This document shows, one piece after another, positions 26,715-39,153 of a DNA stretch of 64,000 bases. Made by a program: the position numbers and the translations under genes. The notes below the pieces were generated by a model. That model saw nothing but the letters and a program-made list of their open reading frames with translations. It ran no database searches and was not told the DNA's origin. The stretch is from Octopus sinensis (lineage: Eukaryota), in the NCBI RefSeq assembly GCF_006345805.1, contig NC_043000.1, positions 141,360,001 through 141,424,000 on the forward strand, given 5' to 3'. The number at the start of each line of letters is the position of its first letter. Position 1 is the first letter of the stretch.

Positions 26715-26790
26715 CATGCACACATACATATATGTAACAGAGTTAAATAGATAGATAAATAGACAGACAGACAGACAGATAGATATGTGT
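26515..26790. repeat. (CA)/(TA)/(GATA)/(GACA) compound microsatellite
   Basis: Directly visible. Confidence 0.9.
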
Positions 26791-27746
26791 GAGCATTTTA
26801 TCAGAGGCGTGTCAATCAAATAATGTGACAGTTTTGTAGAGGTATCGATGTTTTCGACAAACCCCTTCCTTGAAAAGTGTAGGTGGAGGACCGGAATTAG
26901 AAATAATAATTATTTTATTATATATGCATATGTGTGCCTGCGAGTTTATGTTTACTAATGGGAATCAGTTGGTTAAGTCGCCTCATTTTCATACAAAAGC
27001 AAAAAGTATGTTTGCTTTACAAGATATATAATTAGTGGCAGACTAAAATATGTACTATAGTTATGAAAAGCAACTAAAATTCCTGTAGGTAGAGCTTTGC
27101 CATCATTGCAGTTTATTAACTGGTGCTAATAAAAATATGTTCATTTTTAGTACCGTAACGAAGCTAAGTAAAGAAGATCCTGTTCACCCAAAAGAAAATT
27201 CAATATAGGATATTCAACTGTGTCATGGGATTAAAAGGGAATTATGAAGAAGACTCCGCACATTGAAATACCCGAGCAGATGTTGCTTTAGGTCACCCGC
27301 TAAAAGATTCGAAATGTGCTGCATTTCTTTGTGTTTCTGAATAGAGTACTTCATCATTATGGGGTGACTTGGGTTACAAGAACTTCTAGGAATTATAATC
27401 TGAAATAGACTAGGGATTTATCCATGTGGAAGATGGAACTCTTGTTTACATAGACAAATTTGTGATGTATCAACATATGAATAAATCCAATGAACCAGAA
27501 ATTAGTCATGGAATTTATATAAAGACTTTTAATTCATAAAAACATTGATATGTTGGGCTTATATGAAATTGGTATTCGTTGTAATTTTAAACAGATGCTA
27601 CTAATTCCAATTTCTTCTATGTCATATAAATTTAGAGAAAATTATCCCCTGAAACAAAATGATTACATTGGGCAGATGTTAGTGGTTTGATACTAAGTCA
27701 CATACGTGCATTCCGTTTTGAGATTCAGAATGAATAATTTAATTAT

Positions 27747-27787
<41 letters not shown>

Positions 27788-28084
27788 CACACACACAAAT
27801 ACACACACGTACAAACGAATAGATACATACATATCAATAAATAAGCAACATATAAGATGAACATCTTAGAAACATCTTAAAATTTGTATTCTTGAAATAA
27901 ATCAAGAAATTGAATCACTTTACTTTAGTGCGTATATTTAAGTTTGTGCGTGGGGGTTCTTCAAGAATATACATTTATGATGCTTGTGATTACGAGTTCG
28001 TGTACAAATGTAATATTTTAATGTATGCGTACATATATGAATATATAAACATGTTCATAAGTGAAGCACAAGCATACATACACA

Positions 28085-28153
28085 TATCATCATCATCATC
28101 ATCATCATCATCATCGTCATCACTACCACCATCACCACCACCACCACCATCAC

Positions 28154-28189
<36 letters not shown>
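28085..28189. repeat. (CAT)n(CAC)n(CAT)n microsatellite
   Basis: Directly visible; it produces the poly-His and poly-Asp ORFs. Confidence 0.95.
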
Positions 28190-28450
28190 AAAATGGACGT
28201 AAAACGATATTGTTCAATACAGCGACTTGCCACTTGTTGCGATTCCCGTCATCTCCTTCTTGAGGTGCAAGTGTCCTGCGATCCATTTTTATCAATTCCC
28301 ATGAGTGGTTGGCACTTCTCTGCCTAACAAAAATCCTCCACACGCTTTACGTATCGGCATCAGCTGAGTTTCTTACATAATACATCTCATTCCTCATCTG
28401 CCCTTTTTCTCAGCTCACTCATGATCCATTGTTGGGGCATGTTAACAATA
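28190..28450 (-). mobile_element. Possible decayed RTE-clade LINE 3' end, running into a (GAT)n tail
   Basis: The minus strand gives ELR..; D.RTL..EMTGNRNKWQVAVL, resembling the RTE C-terminal D...L...M..DR..WR..V pattern. Confidence 0.4.
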
Positions 28451-29564
28451 TACACCTATTGGTGCATGCTAACCAATCCGTTATGTTGTCTATAGTACAT
28501 AGAGCCACAACAGGTATTATAGTGTTGTCCATATTTAATCTAAAGTTAATTATCCTGACACATAATCTGGTTACCTCAAATTCTCTACCACAATATGCTT
28601 ACAAAATCTGCCACTTCTGTCACCTGAGAAAAAGAACTGAAATGTCTGTTTAAGACTTACTTTCACCTAAACATTTATTCACAACACGCATCCTGCACTC
28701 AAGTATCATTATAACCCCCCTAAATACACTTTCCATCAAAGTAAGATTGATTGGAGCTACCTTGAAGTTTTGCACATGGCAGAAAGATAAGGCACTTGCC
28801 GGTTGTGAGTTGTCCCTTGTTGTTTAATGTGTTTTCTGTGATTAAAAGGAAACTCTTTGTTTGATCGCTTGATGGTCGGGGATGTTATTGTACATAATCA
28901 GATCTTTCCAAATGACTGTCCCTCTACGGTATGGTGCACAAACGTGATACTACAGCAGTATGTGTATTTGTGTTTTCAATGTATTTCAGCATATTCTTTC
29001 TTTTTTCTTTCTTTCTTGCTTTTTCTTTGTTTGTTTGTTTGTTTCTTTCTTTCCTCCTTCTTCCTTTGCTTTTGCTAGAAGTCCTTATTATTAGAAATCG
29101 CTTTACAACATTGACCAGGTGCATTCACATCTCACATACAATAGAGAGGTTCTCTGTAGGTATTAAAGAGATTCTATTCTGCACCAGTTTTGAAGTTACA
29201 TGCTCCACTACACAGGTTATCTTTATTATTGTTTGCGGAATAAGCGTCTGACTTGCACAGAGTTAGCCAAAGTTACTCATATCCTAATTAGACATTTCTC
29301 AATAATGCTAGAAACAACAAGTATGGCCGCCAGTAAACATCAGCAAGACGTGGAGAGTGAGAGAAAAAGAGAAAGAAACAAACTGACTGAGAGTTGAAAA
29401 TAACACACAAATATGATATCAAACAGCAAACTAATTAATTAATTAATTAGATTCTGTATTTGATAATACTACCAACAAGAATGCGAATAATTGTTAATTT
29501 ATCATATCTAATCCGATCTAAGGTTTTAAACACACTCATACATACGCATTATATATTATTTTAT

Positions 29565-29603
29565 ACTCTTTCTCTCTCTCTTTCCTGTCTCTCCCCTCTC
29601 TCC

Positions 29604-29639
<36 letters not shown>

Positions 29640-29648
29640 AAGATATAT

Positions 29649-29690
<42 letters not shown>

Positions 29691-29772
29691 TACAGATATA
29701 TATATATATTTAAATATATATATCATATACATATACATATATATATATGTGTATGTATATATATATAATACA

Positions 29773-29821
<49 letters not shown>

Positions 29822-30300
29822 ACACTTTATAAATTTGTATTAGTATGAATTAAGTGATTGTGAATTTATACTTACATAATCATACAAATTAAAATTTATG
29901 AAATATCTGTTTAAATATGTATACCTATAAGCTTATCCGACTTTCTGAAATGAAATCCTCTTTCGTTCTCTCCCCTCTCATTCCCTCCTCATTTTTCAGA
30001 TTCTTAGTGTCACCATATTTAACCATGTAGATCTGACTTCGTTTCTCTACACATACATATATGCATACATACATACATTGATACATACATACATACATAC
30101 ATACATACATACATACATACATACATACATACATACATACATAATACATACATACATACATTCATACATATATACATACATACATACCTATATACATATA
30201 TGTACATATATGTGAGTGTATGTATGTATATACATACATACACGTACGCACGGGCATGCATATGTATGTGTACATGTGTACGTTTATGCATACACACACT
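29565..30300. repeat. (TA)n and (ATAC)n microsatellite blocks
   Basis: Directly visible, with a short unique spacer at ~29825-30050. Confidence 0.85.
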
Positions 30301-31401
30301 TTCACATTTAATAACGCAAACAGAGACTGTTATATTTGTGTTTATAAAATTAAATAAACACACTTAGATGCTGAGATAAGTTTGTACAGAGAAAAATTGA
30401 AACATACACACTTCCATATTTCAATATCATATGAGTATGTGATTCTTAGAAGTTATATCAAATTTTACGTAGCAGTAATAGAATATTGTTATCGGGAAGG
30501 ATGGACACAGACTTTACATTGTATACACTTGTTAATGTAGGAAATGGATATATAGGTCTGTTCTTGATTTCTCAAGTTTCCATTTTAACTTAAGTTTTAA
30601 ACAATCTACTGGCTAGTGATCGTAAATGACAGTATGTCTTGAAATTCTTGCTTCAAATTTTTGTACAATGCCAACAGAGTCGTAGAGACTTGGTAAGTCA
30701 ATTACATCGACTCCCAGTGATTGACTGGTAATTATCTTATCGACCCTAAAGGATGACAACAGTCTTGCTACAACACCATGAACACTTCAAAATTATATTT
30801 CCGATCTTATAAAGCACATCGAATATTATTTTAACAAGTTTAAAGTGATTTCTTTTGTGCCGTAAACCATTTACTATTTCTGTGGTGCCCTACTTTCCTT
30901 GATGCCCTAAGCACTGCTTATTTTGCTTAATGGTTAATCCAGCACTGATTATAGCCATGATTAGATGTTGCATGCAAGAAGTGTGTGTAAAAACCTCATC
31001 ACACACACCGGATATAAAATCTCTATTGGTTGCAAAAGAATTTTTTCGTACATAATATTTCAAAGCCACTAAATACAGCGTACTACAAATTTCACTGCAT
31101 AAAGAAGTAGCTTCGTTCCAGTTTATTCAGAGTATATTCAACATAACAGTTTCTTTCTTTTCATTTTTTTTTTTTTTTTTGTGTTGCCGTTGCATTTAGT
31201 AGTATTGTCAAAGAAGGTGCGGTAGCTCCCATTACATTTTTTGAAGCTTCTGTAGCTGGCGGAACAAAAAGAAGGGAATTATTGTTATACAAGGGAATTT
31301 ATTTTCCATATTATGATCAAGAGAGAAAGTATCTTTTTCCAGAGTTTTCTGGACTTGTTGGAGGAATGTAACTTCTAATCGGTGACCTGTCATGAATGCT
31401 T

Positions 31402-31752
31402 CAGGTCATAGGATCGCGGTTTCGATTCCCAAACCGGGCGTTGTGAGTGTTTATTGAGCGAAAACACCTAAAAGCTCCACGAGGCTCCGGCAGGGAATGG
31501 TGGTGATCCCTGCCGTACTCTTTCACCACAACTTCCTCTCACTCTTACTTCCTGTTTCTGTAGTACCTGTATTTCAAGGGGCCGGCCTTGTCACTCTCTG
31601 TGTCACGCTGAATATCCCCGAGAACTACGTTAAGGGTGCACGTGTATGTGGAGTGCTCAGCCACTTACACGTTAATTTCACGAGCAGGCTGTTCCGTTGA
31701 TTCGGATCAACCGGAACCCTCATCGTCGTAACCGACGGAGTGCTTCCCTCCC
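31402..31752 (+). mobile_element. SINE C, 5'-truncated
   Basis: Very similar to 16988-17373; 11-bp TSD catgaatgctt (31391-31401 and 31753-31763). Confidence 0.92.
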
Positions 31753-32193
31753 CATGAATGCTTGCTACAGAATGAACTCTGCTAAAGACACCTAAGTAAC
31801 AAAGAGTACTATTAAACCGAATGACTGATTAAGTTTACTATCCCATTCAGTCAGCCGTTCGTAGGATTTGAAACTTAAAGAATCAGGCATACAATGCGAC
31901 GTTCTTACTTTTATGCCAACCGCACTACATTTTTTTATTGGTTTTAAAATGATGAATAAAAAAGTACAGTGAAGATGGGTGCAGGATTGGCACACATGGC
32001 GCAGGGTCAGATCAAATAAGGTGAGGTATTTTATCCCATACTCTAATGATTATTCCAATTCATCTCCTTGACTAGTCCCAAAAGACAAACCCGAGAGTAG
32101 TAACTGTTAAGAGCATCGAAGAAGCATGTGGTGATATTTAACATGCTGACAGATTATAAAGTACAATAGTGATATACTGTAGGAAGCAATATT

Positions 32194-32424
32194 TGTTTCT
32201 TTATTACCCACAAGGGGCTAAACACAGAGGGGACAAACAAGGACAGACAAACGAATTAAGTCGATTACATCGACCCCAGTGCGTAACTGGTACTTAATTT
32301 ATCGACCCCGAAAGGATGAAAGGCAAAGTCAACCTCGGCGGAATTTGAACTCAGAACGTAACGGCAGACGAAATACGGCTACGCATTTCGACCGGCGTGC
32401 TAACGGTTCTGCCAGCTCGCAGCC
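32194..32424 (-). mobile_element. SINE A
   Basis: Family match; see the finding on its displaced TSD. Confidence 0.9.
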
Positions 32425-33954
32425 TTAACCATGCGATATATTGAAAAAAGGAGCGAGGTAATGGATATTGAAGAAATATAAAGATAATCCCTAAAGTTTA
32501 TCTTGTAGGAAGCAATATTGTGTCAGTATGGTATTGATGTAGCGATAGTATAATCTCTAAATTTGAAAAAGCATCGCCATTTATGTAGGAAAAATTAGTA
32601 CCAGTAATACCTGAGATTTTAATTCTAGCAAGTCTGATAATGATGAAATTGCAAAAATCAAGTCAGCCACGAATTTAATTGAGGAAAAATTTCAAAACTT
32701 GAAGAATATAAGATTCACTCAATTTTCAACCAACCAATCAATTCTTTTGCAGCAAAAATTAATTAAAGATCACTACAATTCTGAATTTCTTTCAGAACAA
32801 AAAATAAACAACGACGAAAGAAAGAAAAAATAATTGGCTTTTCCTTCTGTTTTTTTTTTCCTTAGTTTGTTTACTTCATTTATTATTTTCTTCCGCCCAA
32901 ATAAATTTTTCAAATTATACATACACACATTAACACACACACAGAGACACATGTACACAAACGCGCATTCTGCACACTGATACACACTCACACAATAAAA
33001 GGAAAAAAAAAAAAAAAGATTTAAAGAAAGAATTTAAGAATTTACTAATTAGTGTCTTTAGCTCCACCACGCCTAAGAAATTTGGTTCAACAAGGCAAGA
33101 TAAAGGAGGTAAAAACACAAAAGAATATTGTTGATTATTTTACATTTATTTATTTATTTATTTAATTATTTAATTATTTAATTATTTGGGTGTTTATTAG
33201 GAACAAAGGAATTTCGTTTTTGTTTTATTTCTCAGTCAAGAAAAAAAAAGGAGAAAAGATTTATATTTTTTGTTTTTATGTCATTACTTTTTTGTTTTAT
33301 GTTTTATCCATTCTTCTATGTGTGTTTTATTTTTGCTATGTGGTCTTTTATAAGGAATATTAATAAAAAGGAAATTTTCTAAAGATTTTTTCCTTTGACA
33401 TATGAAATTAACCCATTAGGAGAGAAATAAAGAACAAAAAAACAAAAAAAAGATGACAATAATTAAGAATAAATAAAAATAATAAAGAAAACAAGAGGGC
33501 AAGAGAAAGACGGAGAAAGACAGATTAAAAAAAGGGAGGTCTTTACAATAGTAATGTTGACAAGATGACTGAAAAATAATGAAGGTGGTCAGTTAAGGTT
33601 GAAAAAACTTCCAATATAGAGAAAGCCAATTAAACGTTAAGGTGTAACCCATAGACCCAACACTACAGAGACAAGGAACATCTTTGCTACTCTTGCAATA
33701 GTCATGTGTTACGTATGCATGTCTCATAAACCCCAACCCCAATACAAAATAAACATGACCCTATATACACCGATGTATGCATGTGTGTTTGTAGTTGTGT
33801 GTGTATGTATCTTTGTTCAACTCACTACTTATTTATCTATCTGTATGCATATATATATATACAGACACACATACACGCACATTTACACACACATACAAAC
33901 ATTCATCCATAGATACGTATATATATATACATATATATATATATAATCAATATA

Positions 33955-34096
33955 TATGTTGACAATGAAGACAGTGTTATAGGTTTTTGTATTCCTGCAA
34001 AGACAAAATCTTGATGGGCCTGAACCCAGTCGATAATAGTTACTTATAATCTAAATAATTTAAGAGATTAAATTTGATGAGCTTTATTTTATATTA
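33955..34096 (+). repeat. Left arm of a 142-bp inverted repeat (right arm 39012-39153)
   Basis: Manual reverse-complement alignment gives about 4 mismatches. Confidence 0.9.
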
Positions 34097-34180
34097 AAGG
34101 GTAAAATTAATTAATTAATTAATAATTAATAATTCCACCAAGTAGTATTCGGCATGTTAAAAGGAACATTTTCGGTAAAC

Positions 34181-34387
34181 TTAAACAATATTTTATAATT
34201 ATGAGTATAATTATAATTAGGGTTCACCGAAAATTTGCTTCACCACATACCGAACTTTAGAAATAGCAGCCAGTAGAAGAAATAGCAAAGTTCTTTGGGT
34301 GCTATTTCTAAAGTTCGGTATGTGGTGAAGCAAATTTTTGCTGAACCCTAATTATAATTATACTCATAATATAAAAATATTGTTTAA
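34181..34387. repeat. Foldback palindrome with ~92-bp arms and a ~23-nt spacer
   Basis: 34181-34272 is a near-perfect reverse complement of 34296-34387. Confidence 0.9.
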
Positions 34388-34530
34388 TTTTACATATACA
34401 TACATACATACAGACATACACACACACACACCCCACATATATATAATATATATATAATATATCTATATATATATTTTATATATATTATATATATTATATA
34501 ATATATATATATATAGATAAAATATATAAT

Positions 34531-34564
<34 letters not shown>

Positions 34565-34568
34565 ATAT

Positions 34569-34896
34569 GAGGAGCACTCCGTCGGTTACAATGACGAGGG
34601 TCGCAGCTGATACGATCAACGGAACAGCTTGCTCGTGAAAATAACGTGCAAGTGGCTGAGCATTCCACAGACACGTGTACCCTTAACGTAGTTCTCGGCG
34701 AGATTCAGCGTGACACAGAGTATGACAAGGCTGCCCCTTTTTGAAATACAGGTACTACTCATTTTTGCCTGGTGAGTGGACTGGAGCAACGTGATATAAA
34801 GTGTCTTACTCAAGGACACAACGCATCACAGGGAATCGAACTCACAACCTTACGATCATGAGCCGAATGCCTTAACCACTAAGCCACGCGTCTTCA
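34569..34896 (-). mobile_element. tRNA-derived SINE, family D (CORE-like middle, 3' part shared with family C)
   Basis: On the minus strand: A-box-like TGGCTTAGTGG, B-box-like AGTTCGATTCCC and gtgtccttgagtaagacactt. The last ~190 nt are homologous to SINE C. Confidence 0.85.
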
Positions 34897-34960
34897 CATA
34901 CATACATACATACATACATACATACATACATACATACATACATGCATACATACATACATA

Positions 34961-35497
34961 CCACTCTATGTCACGCTGGTAAGACCCATATTGGAGTACG
35001 GGATTCAAGACTCTTCTCCTTATCTCCTCAAAGACATACAGCATCTCGAAAGAGACCAGAAGCTGGCTACCCGCATGGTTCATGGTCTCAAAAATGTGTC
35101 CTATGAAGAAAGGCTGAGGACGCTCGACCTTTATTCTCTAGAAAAACGCCGCCGCCGTGGTGATCTCATTCTCGCCCACAACATCATAAGCGGAAAGTGT
35201 AACCCCTCGAAAGAGCTGTTCTTCACTCCTGCTCCAGAGCGTCGGCTGCAGGGTCATTCCGAAAAGCTCTACCTGCGACGATTTCAACTCAATCGAAGGA
35301 GAGGAGCTTTCTCTGTCCGGGTTGCGGATCCGTGGAACAAGCTGCCAGACGAGATGCCGAAGATGCCGACGACCGCTTTGTTCAAAGCCTCCCTTGGCCT
35401 CAAGTGGCCTGAACTCTTTACATGAACACCACCCTGTACTTAACTCCATGTCCCCCTACATGGCCTTGCTATTTGCTTTTGAGCCAAATTAACTAAC
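34961..35497 (+). mobile_element. CR1-clade LINE 3' end, inserted in (ATAC)n
   Basis: LYVTLVRPILEY..LER.QKLATRMV.GL..SYEERL..L.LYSLE.RR.RGDLI..RGH..KL..FS.RV...WN.LP, then a short 3' UTR ending ttaactaa. Confidence 0.92.
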
Positions 35498-36224
35498 ATA
35501 CATACATACATATATATATTTGTATAGGGCAACCTTTAAAAACTAGGAAGAGTGAGAAGTAAGCTACAAATGAAATTAAAGCTTTTAAATTCTATTTTAG
35601 TCTGAAAATATGTCAAATGGTTTAAAAGAAAAAAATTATTCGTTTTCCAGCCGAAAACGACCGAAGATTCTAAAAGTAAAAGTGAGAATACAATTTCAGA
35701 GCAGAGTGTTGAGCATAAGAAAAAATAGAACATGAAAGAGCTCAGCTTTAGAGAGAGTATATAATAATTGGTCAATGTAATGAAAGAGGTTGTCATTTGC
35801 ATTATATGAAAAATAATTCATACAATAGGAAATTTGTAATGTGGAATAGTGGTGTAGTAGAACTTAGTTTGAGTACAAATAAATATAAACCAGAATACAG
35901 ATCCAGGGGTACACTCTCCCTACACACAAACACACATATTTATATATATATATACACTATGCACGTACAGACGATTATATATACAAACATGTATATAGAA
36001 CTATTCATAAAAACACACATACATATAAGAAAATGACTAATCTGTTAAACTAAGTATATGCAAATCTGAACATACTGATTATTGCTGATTGAATTAATTA
36101 TATCATGTAATATGAAATAAGGAAAAAAATTATTAAGAAATACTACATCCATCGTACTTTAAAAGCAGATCGCTAATTTGCATATCGTACCTGTCGGTAA
36201 AATGAATGCTTTGTACTTGTACTT

Positions 36225-36565
36225 ATGATGGTATTCCTCCAGGGCGGGTTGAGCCGGCTTCTTCTCCGGTCCTGACGGCATCACGAAGAAGTTTCGTCGG
36301 TATATTGAATTCACAAGCAGTCCCCGACATCTAGCATGCATATCCCGAGTGTCGGGACGCCCTGTTTGCCGCAGAGTCTCCACAGACGCAGGGACAGAAC
36401 GACCTCGAAACCGCCGGTTGCCGATCAGACGCCTCTTGCAATTTTCACCAGAGCCCCGTTAGCCAGACCAATCCGCCTTGGGTGACCTACCAGGAACTGA
36501 AGTTCCCGACGGCATAGCTCTGACACTGCCCGTTTACACCACCCTACCGCTTAGAGGTTGGGTTG
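36225..36565 (+). mobile_element. GC-rich island resembling the 5' UTR of an RTE-clade LINE
   Basis: gggtgacctaccaggaactgaagttcccgacggcatagctct resembles RTE 5' UTR text as I recall it; not verified by a search. Confidence 0.4.
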
Positions 36566-36611
36566 GATCCTCAAGTTTTGCTTTAAACGCGATAATAATA
36601 TGCTTCTGCAC

Positions 36612-36682
<71 letters not shown>

Positions 36683-37094
36683 AACTTATAAATAAATATA
36701 ATAGGAGAGAGGTAATTGATATAAAAGTGAATTTGCGTACAGAGGAGGTTTATATAAAAGCGTGATGAAGACTTATGAAGTCCAATGAGAGCAAAAAGAA
36801 AAAAAAACTATATTACAAAGAAATGTGGAATGAGTAAGTGGACTACACAGTTTAAGTGAAGTGTTTAAAGGTAATGCTTGCAATTGGCATCTGTATTGGG
36901 CGGGAGATTATGCAATAACAGCGAAGAGTAGGTAGAGAGAGGAAAATGTGTATGAATGGGGATAAAGTTCAGAATTGTATCACACTCCAAAGAAAGTAAA
37001 GCCTGAACAATATCATCCAGCGGGGAGCTCGAAGAATTATGGAATAGCACACCTTCGGAGGAACATGAAGAAATGAACTCCAACTTAGAATATA

Positions 37095-37330
37095 TATTTC
37101 TTTATTACCCAAAAGGGGCTAAACATACAGAGGACAAACAAGGACAGACAAACGGATTAAGTCGATCACATCGACCTCAGTGCGTACTGGTACTGTACTT
37201 AATTTATTCACCCGAAAGGATGAAAGGCAAGTCGACCTCCCGGCCGGAATTTGAACTCAGAACGTAACGGCAGGCGAAATACCGCTAAGCATTTCGCCCG
37301 CGTGCTAACGTTTCTGCCAGCTCGCAGCCT
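37095..37330 (-). mobile_element. SINE A
   Basis: 16-bp TSD tccaacttagaatata (37079-37094 and 37331-37346). Confidence 0.92.
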
Positions 37331-39011
37331 TCCAACTTAGAATATAATATATTAAGTGGTTGTGAAATTACACGGTACTTTTCGTATACAGAAGTAGTAG
37401 TTGTTTCTATTGAAGTAAGCATGAGCGGATTTGATAATATGTTATTTAATTTTGTAATTGGAGATGCCTACGCCTTTTAAAATCAAGATGTATTTTGAAA
37501 GTGTTTTTGCTAATCGTTTACCTTCCTGTTTAAATGTATGTGAATGATATTTATATCTGGATTTGAATTAGCTCAAATCCAGATTATATCTGGCCTATAT
37601 GGAATTTTGTATCGTTGCTGTCTTCCGTAGTGAAATTATCAAGATTTCTTTCTGTTTAACGGCAGATTATTTGAGTAATAAGCATTATAATCGTTCCAGA
37701 AATAACTGTTATTCATTCTATATAAGGATGCAAGTCCTCAGATTTGATGTTCGTCTATTAAACTTTCGCCCCTTGATTCACTTTCATGGCTTTCTATCAA
37801 CTGAAAATAATTATAAAGTACACATATACACACAAATACGTACGTATGTATATATTTATGTAAAGGTAGAGAGGTAGGAAGTGAGAGATAGGGCAGAGGT
37901 GGGGGGAGAGAAAAAGGGAGACACACACACGTGACATATACAAACACACTCACTTATGTATGTATGTATGTATGTATGTATGTATGTATGTATGTATGTA
38001 TGAAACTCGAAGATTATGATTTCGAATCCTTTTAACTATGTTGTTATTTTGTTGTTGTCGTTGTTAGATTAAACTACCTCTGGTCAAGATGACCACTTAT
38101 AATCATTTTGTTTTTTCCTTATTCAAGATTTGTGTACTGTTGACTACATAAACCAATATTTTTTAAGATGTCAGGGTGTGCTCCAGAAAAGTAGCTTCAT
38201 TGATAATACTAGAGCAGCAAGCGACCGCATATATGATTCCTTATAAGCTAGTGTCGATATTGTTTTTGGTTAACATTCAAGCCAGCCCTTATGTTATATA
38301 CTTAGCCATCTTATTTTTAGATGCATCTCAGACGAGATATTTTACATGTATCCTTCTCTCTTTTGAGGTGGCGGGATGAGATTTGAAATATATTTGCAAT
38401 TTATAGCGGGTCAATCGACCATCTGTTGGTTCCTTCGTCGGATCATTAATAATGGTGCTTGTCAGATCATTAGTAATGGTGTTTGTACTTCAGTTACTGA
38501 ATACTTTTTGCTGGCGATCCTGTGGTCTTGAAATAATTCTAACATCAAGATGATTCAGAACTCTTAATGTAATTCAGCGGTCTTCGATTCTGTGGTCCTG
38601 AAATGTTTGATCTATTTATTCCATTTTAATAACTGCTGCGAAATTTAGTGTTTTTTTTGTTGTTGTTTTTTTACAAGTTTTGCTTGAATTATTGTTGGAT
38701 TCAGGTTGAAATGACTTTCTAATGATGTTACCAGCTGCTGCTGCTGCTTCTGATATTGTTACTACTATTGCTGTTGTTGTTATTTTTATTGTTGCTGTTC
38801 TTGTTTAGCTCAGATCAGGCAGACCTATAATAAAAGGTATCGAGGTCTTGCCTATTTCCAGAGTTTCCGAAAATTGCATATAATGTATCTATATATTTTG
38901 GGTTCATTCGAGCAAGGCAAGCGACTACATAGAGATTCTAGCATTGGCTGGCAATTATTCCTGTCAAGAGTAAGATGACAAAAAAAAAACAGAAATAATA
39001 ATAATGATAAA

Positions 39012-39153
39012 TAATATAAAATAAAGCTCATCAAATTTAATTTCTTAAATTATTTAGATTATAAGTAACTATTATCGAATGGGTTCAGGCCCATCAAGAT
39101 TTTGTCTTTGCAGGAAAACAAAAACCTATAACACTCTCTTCATTGTCAACATA
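39012..39153 (-). repeat. Right arm of the 142-bp inverted repeat
   Basis: Reverse complement of 33955-34096. Confidence 0.9.
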
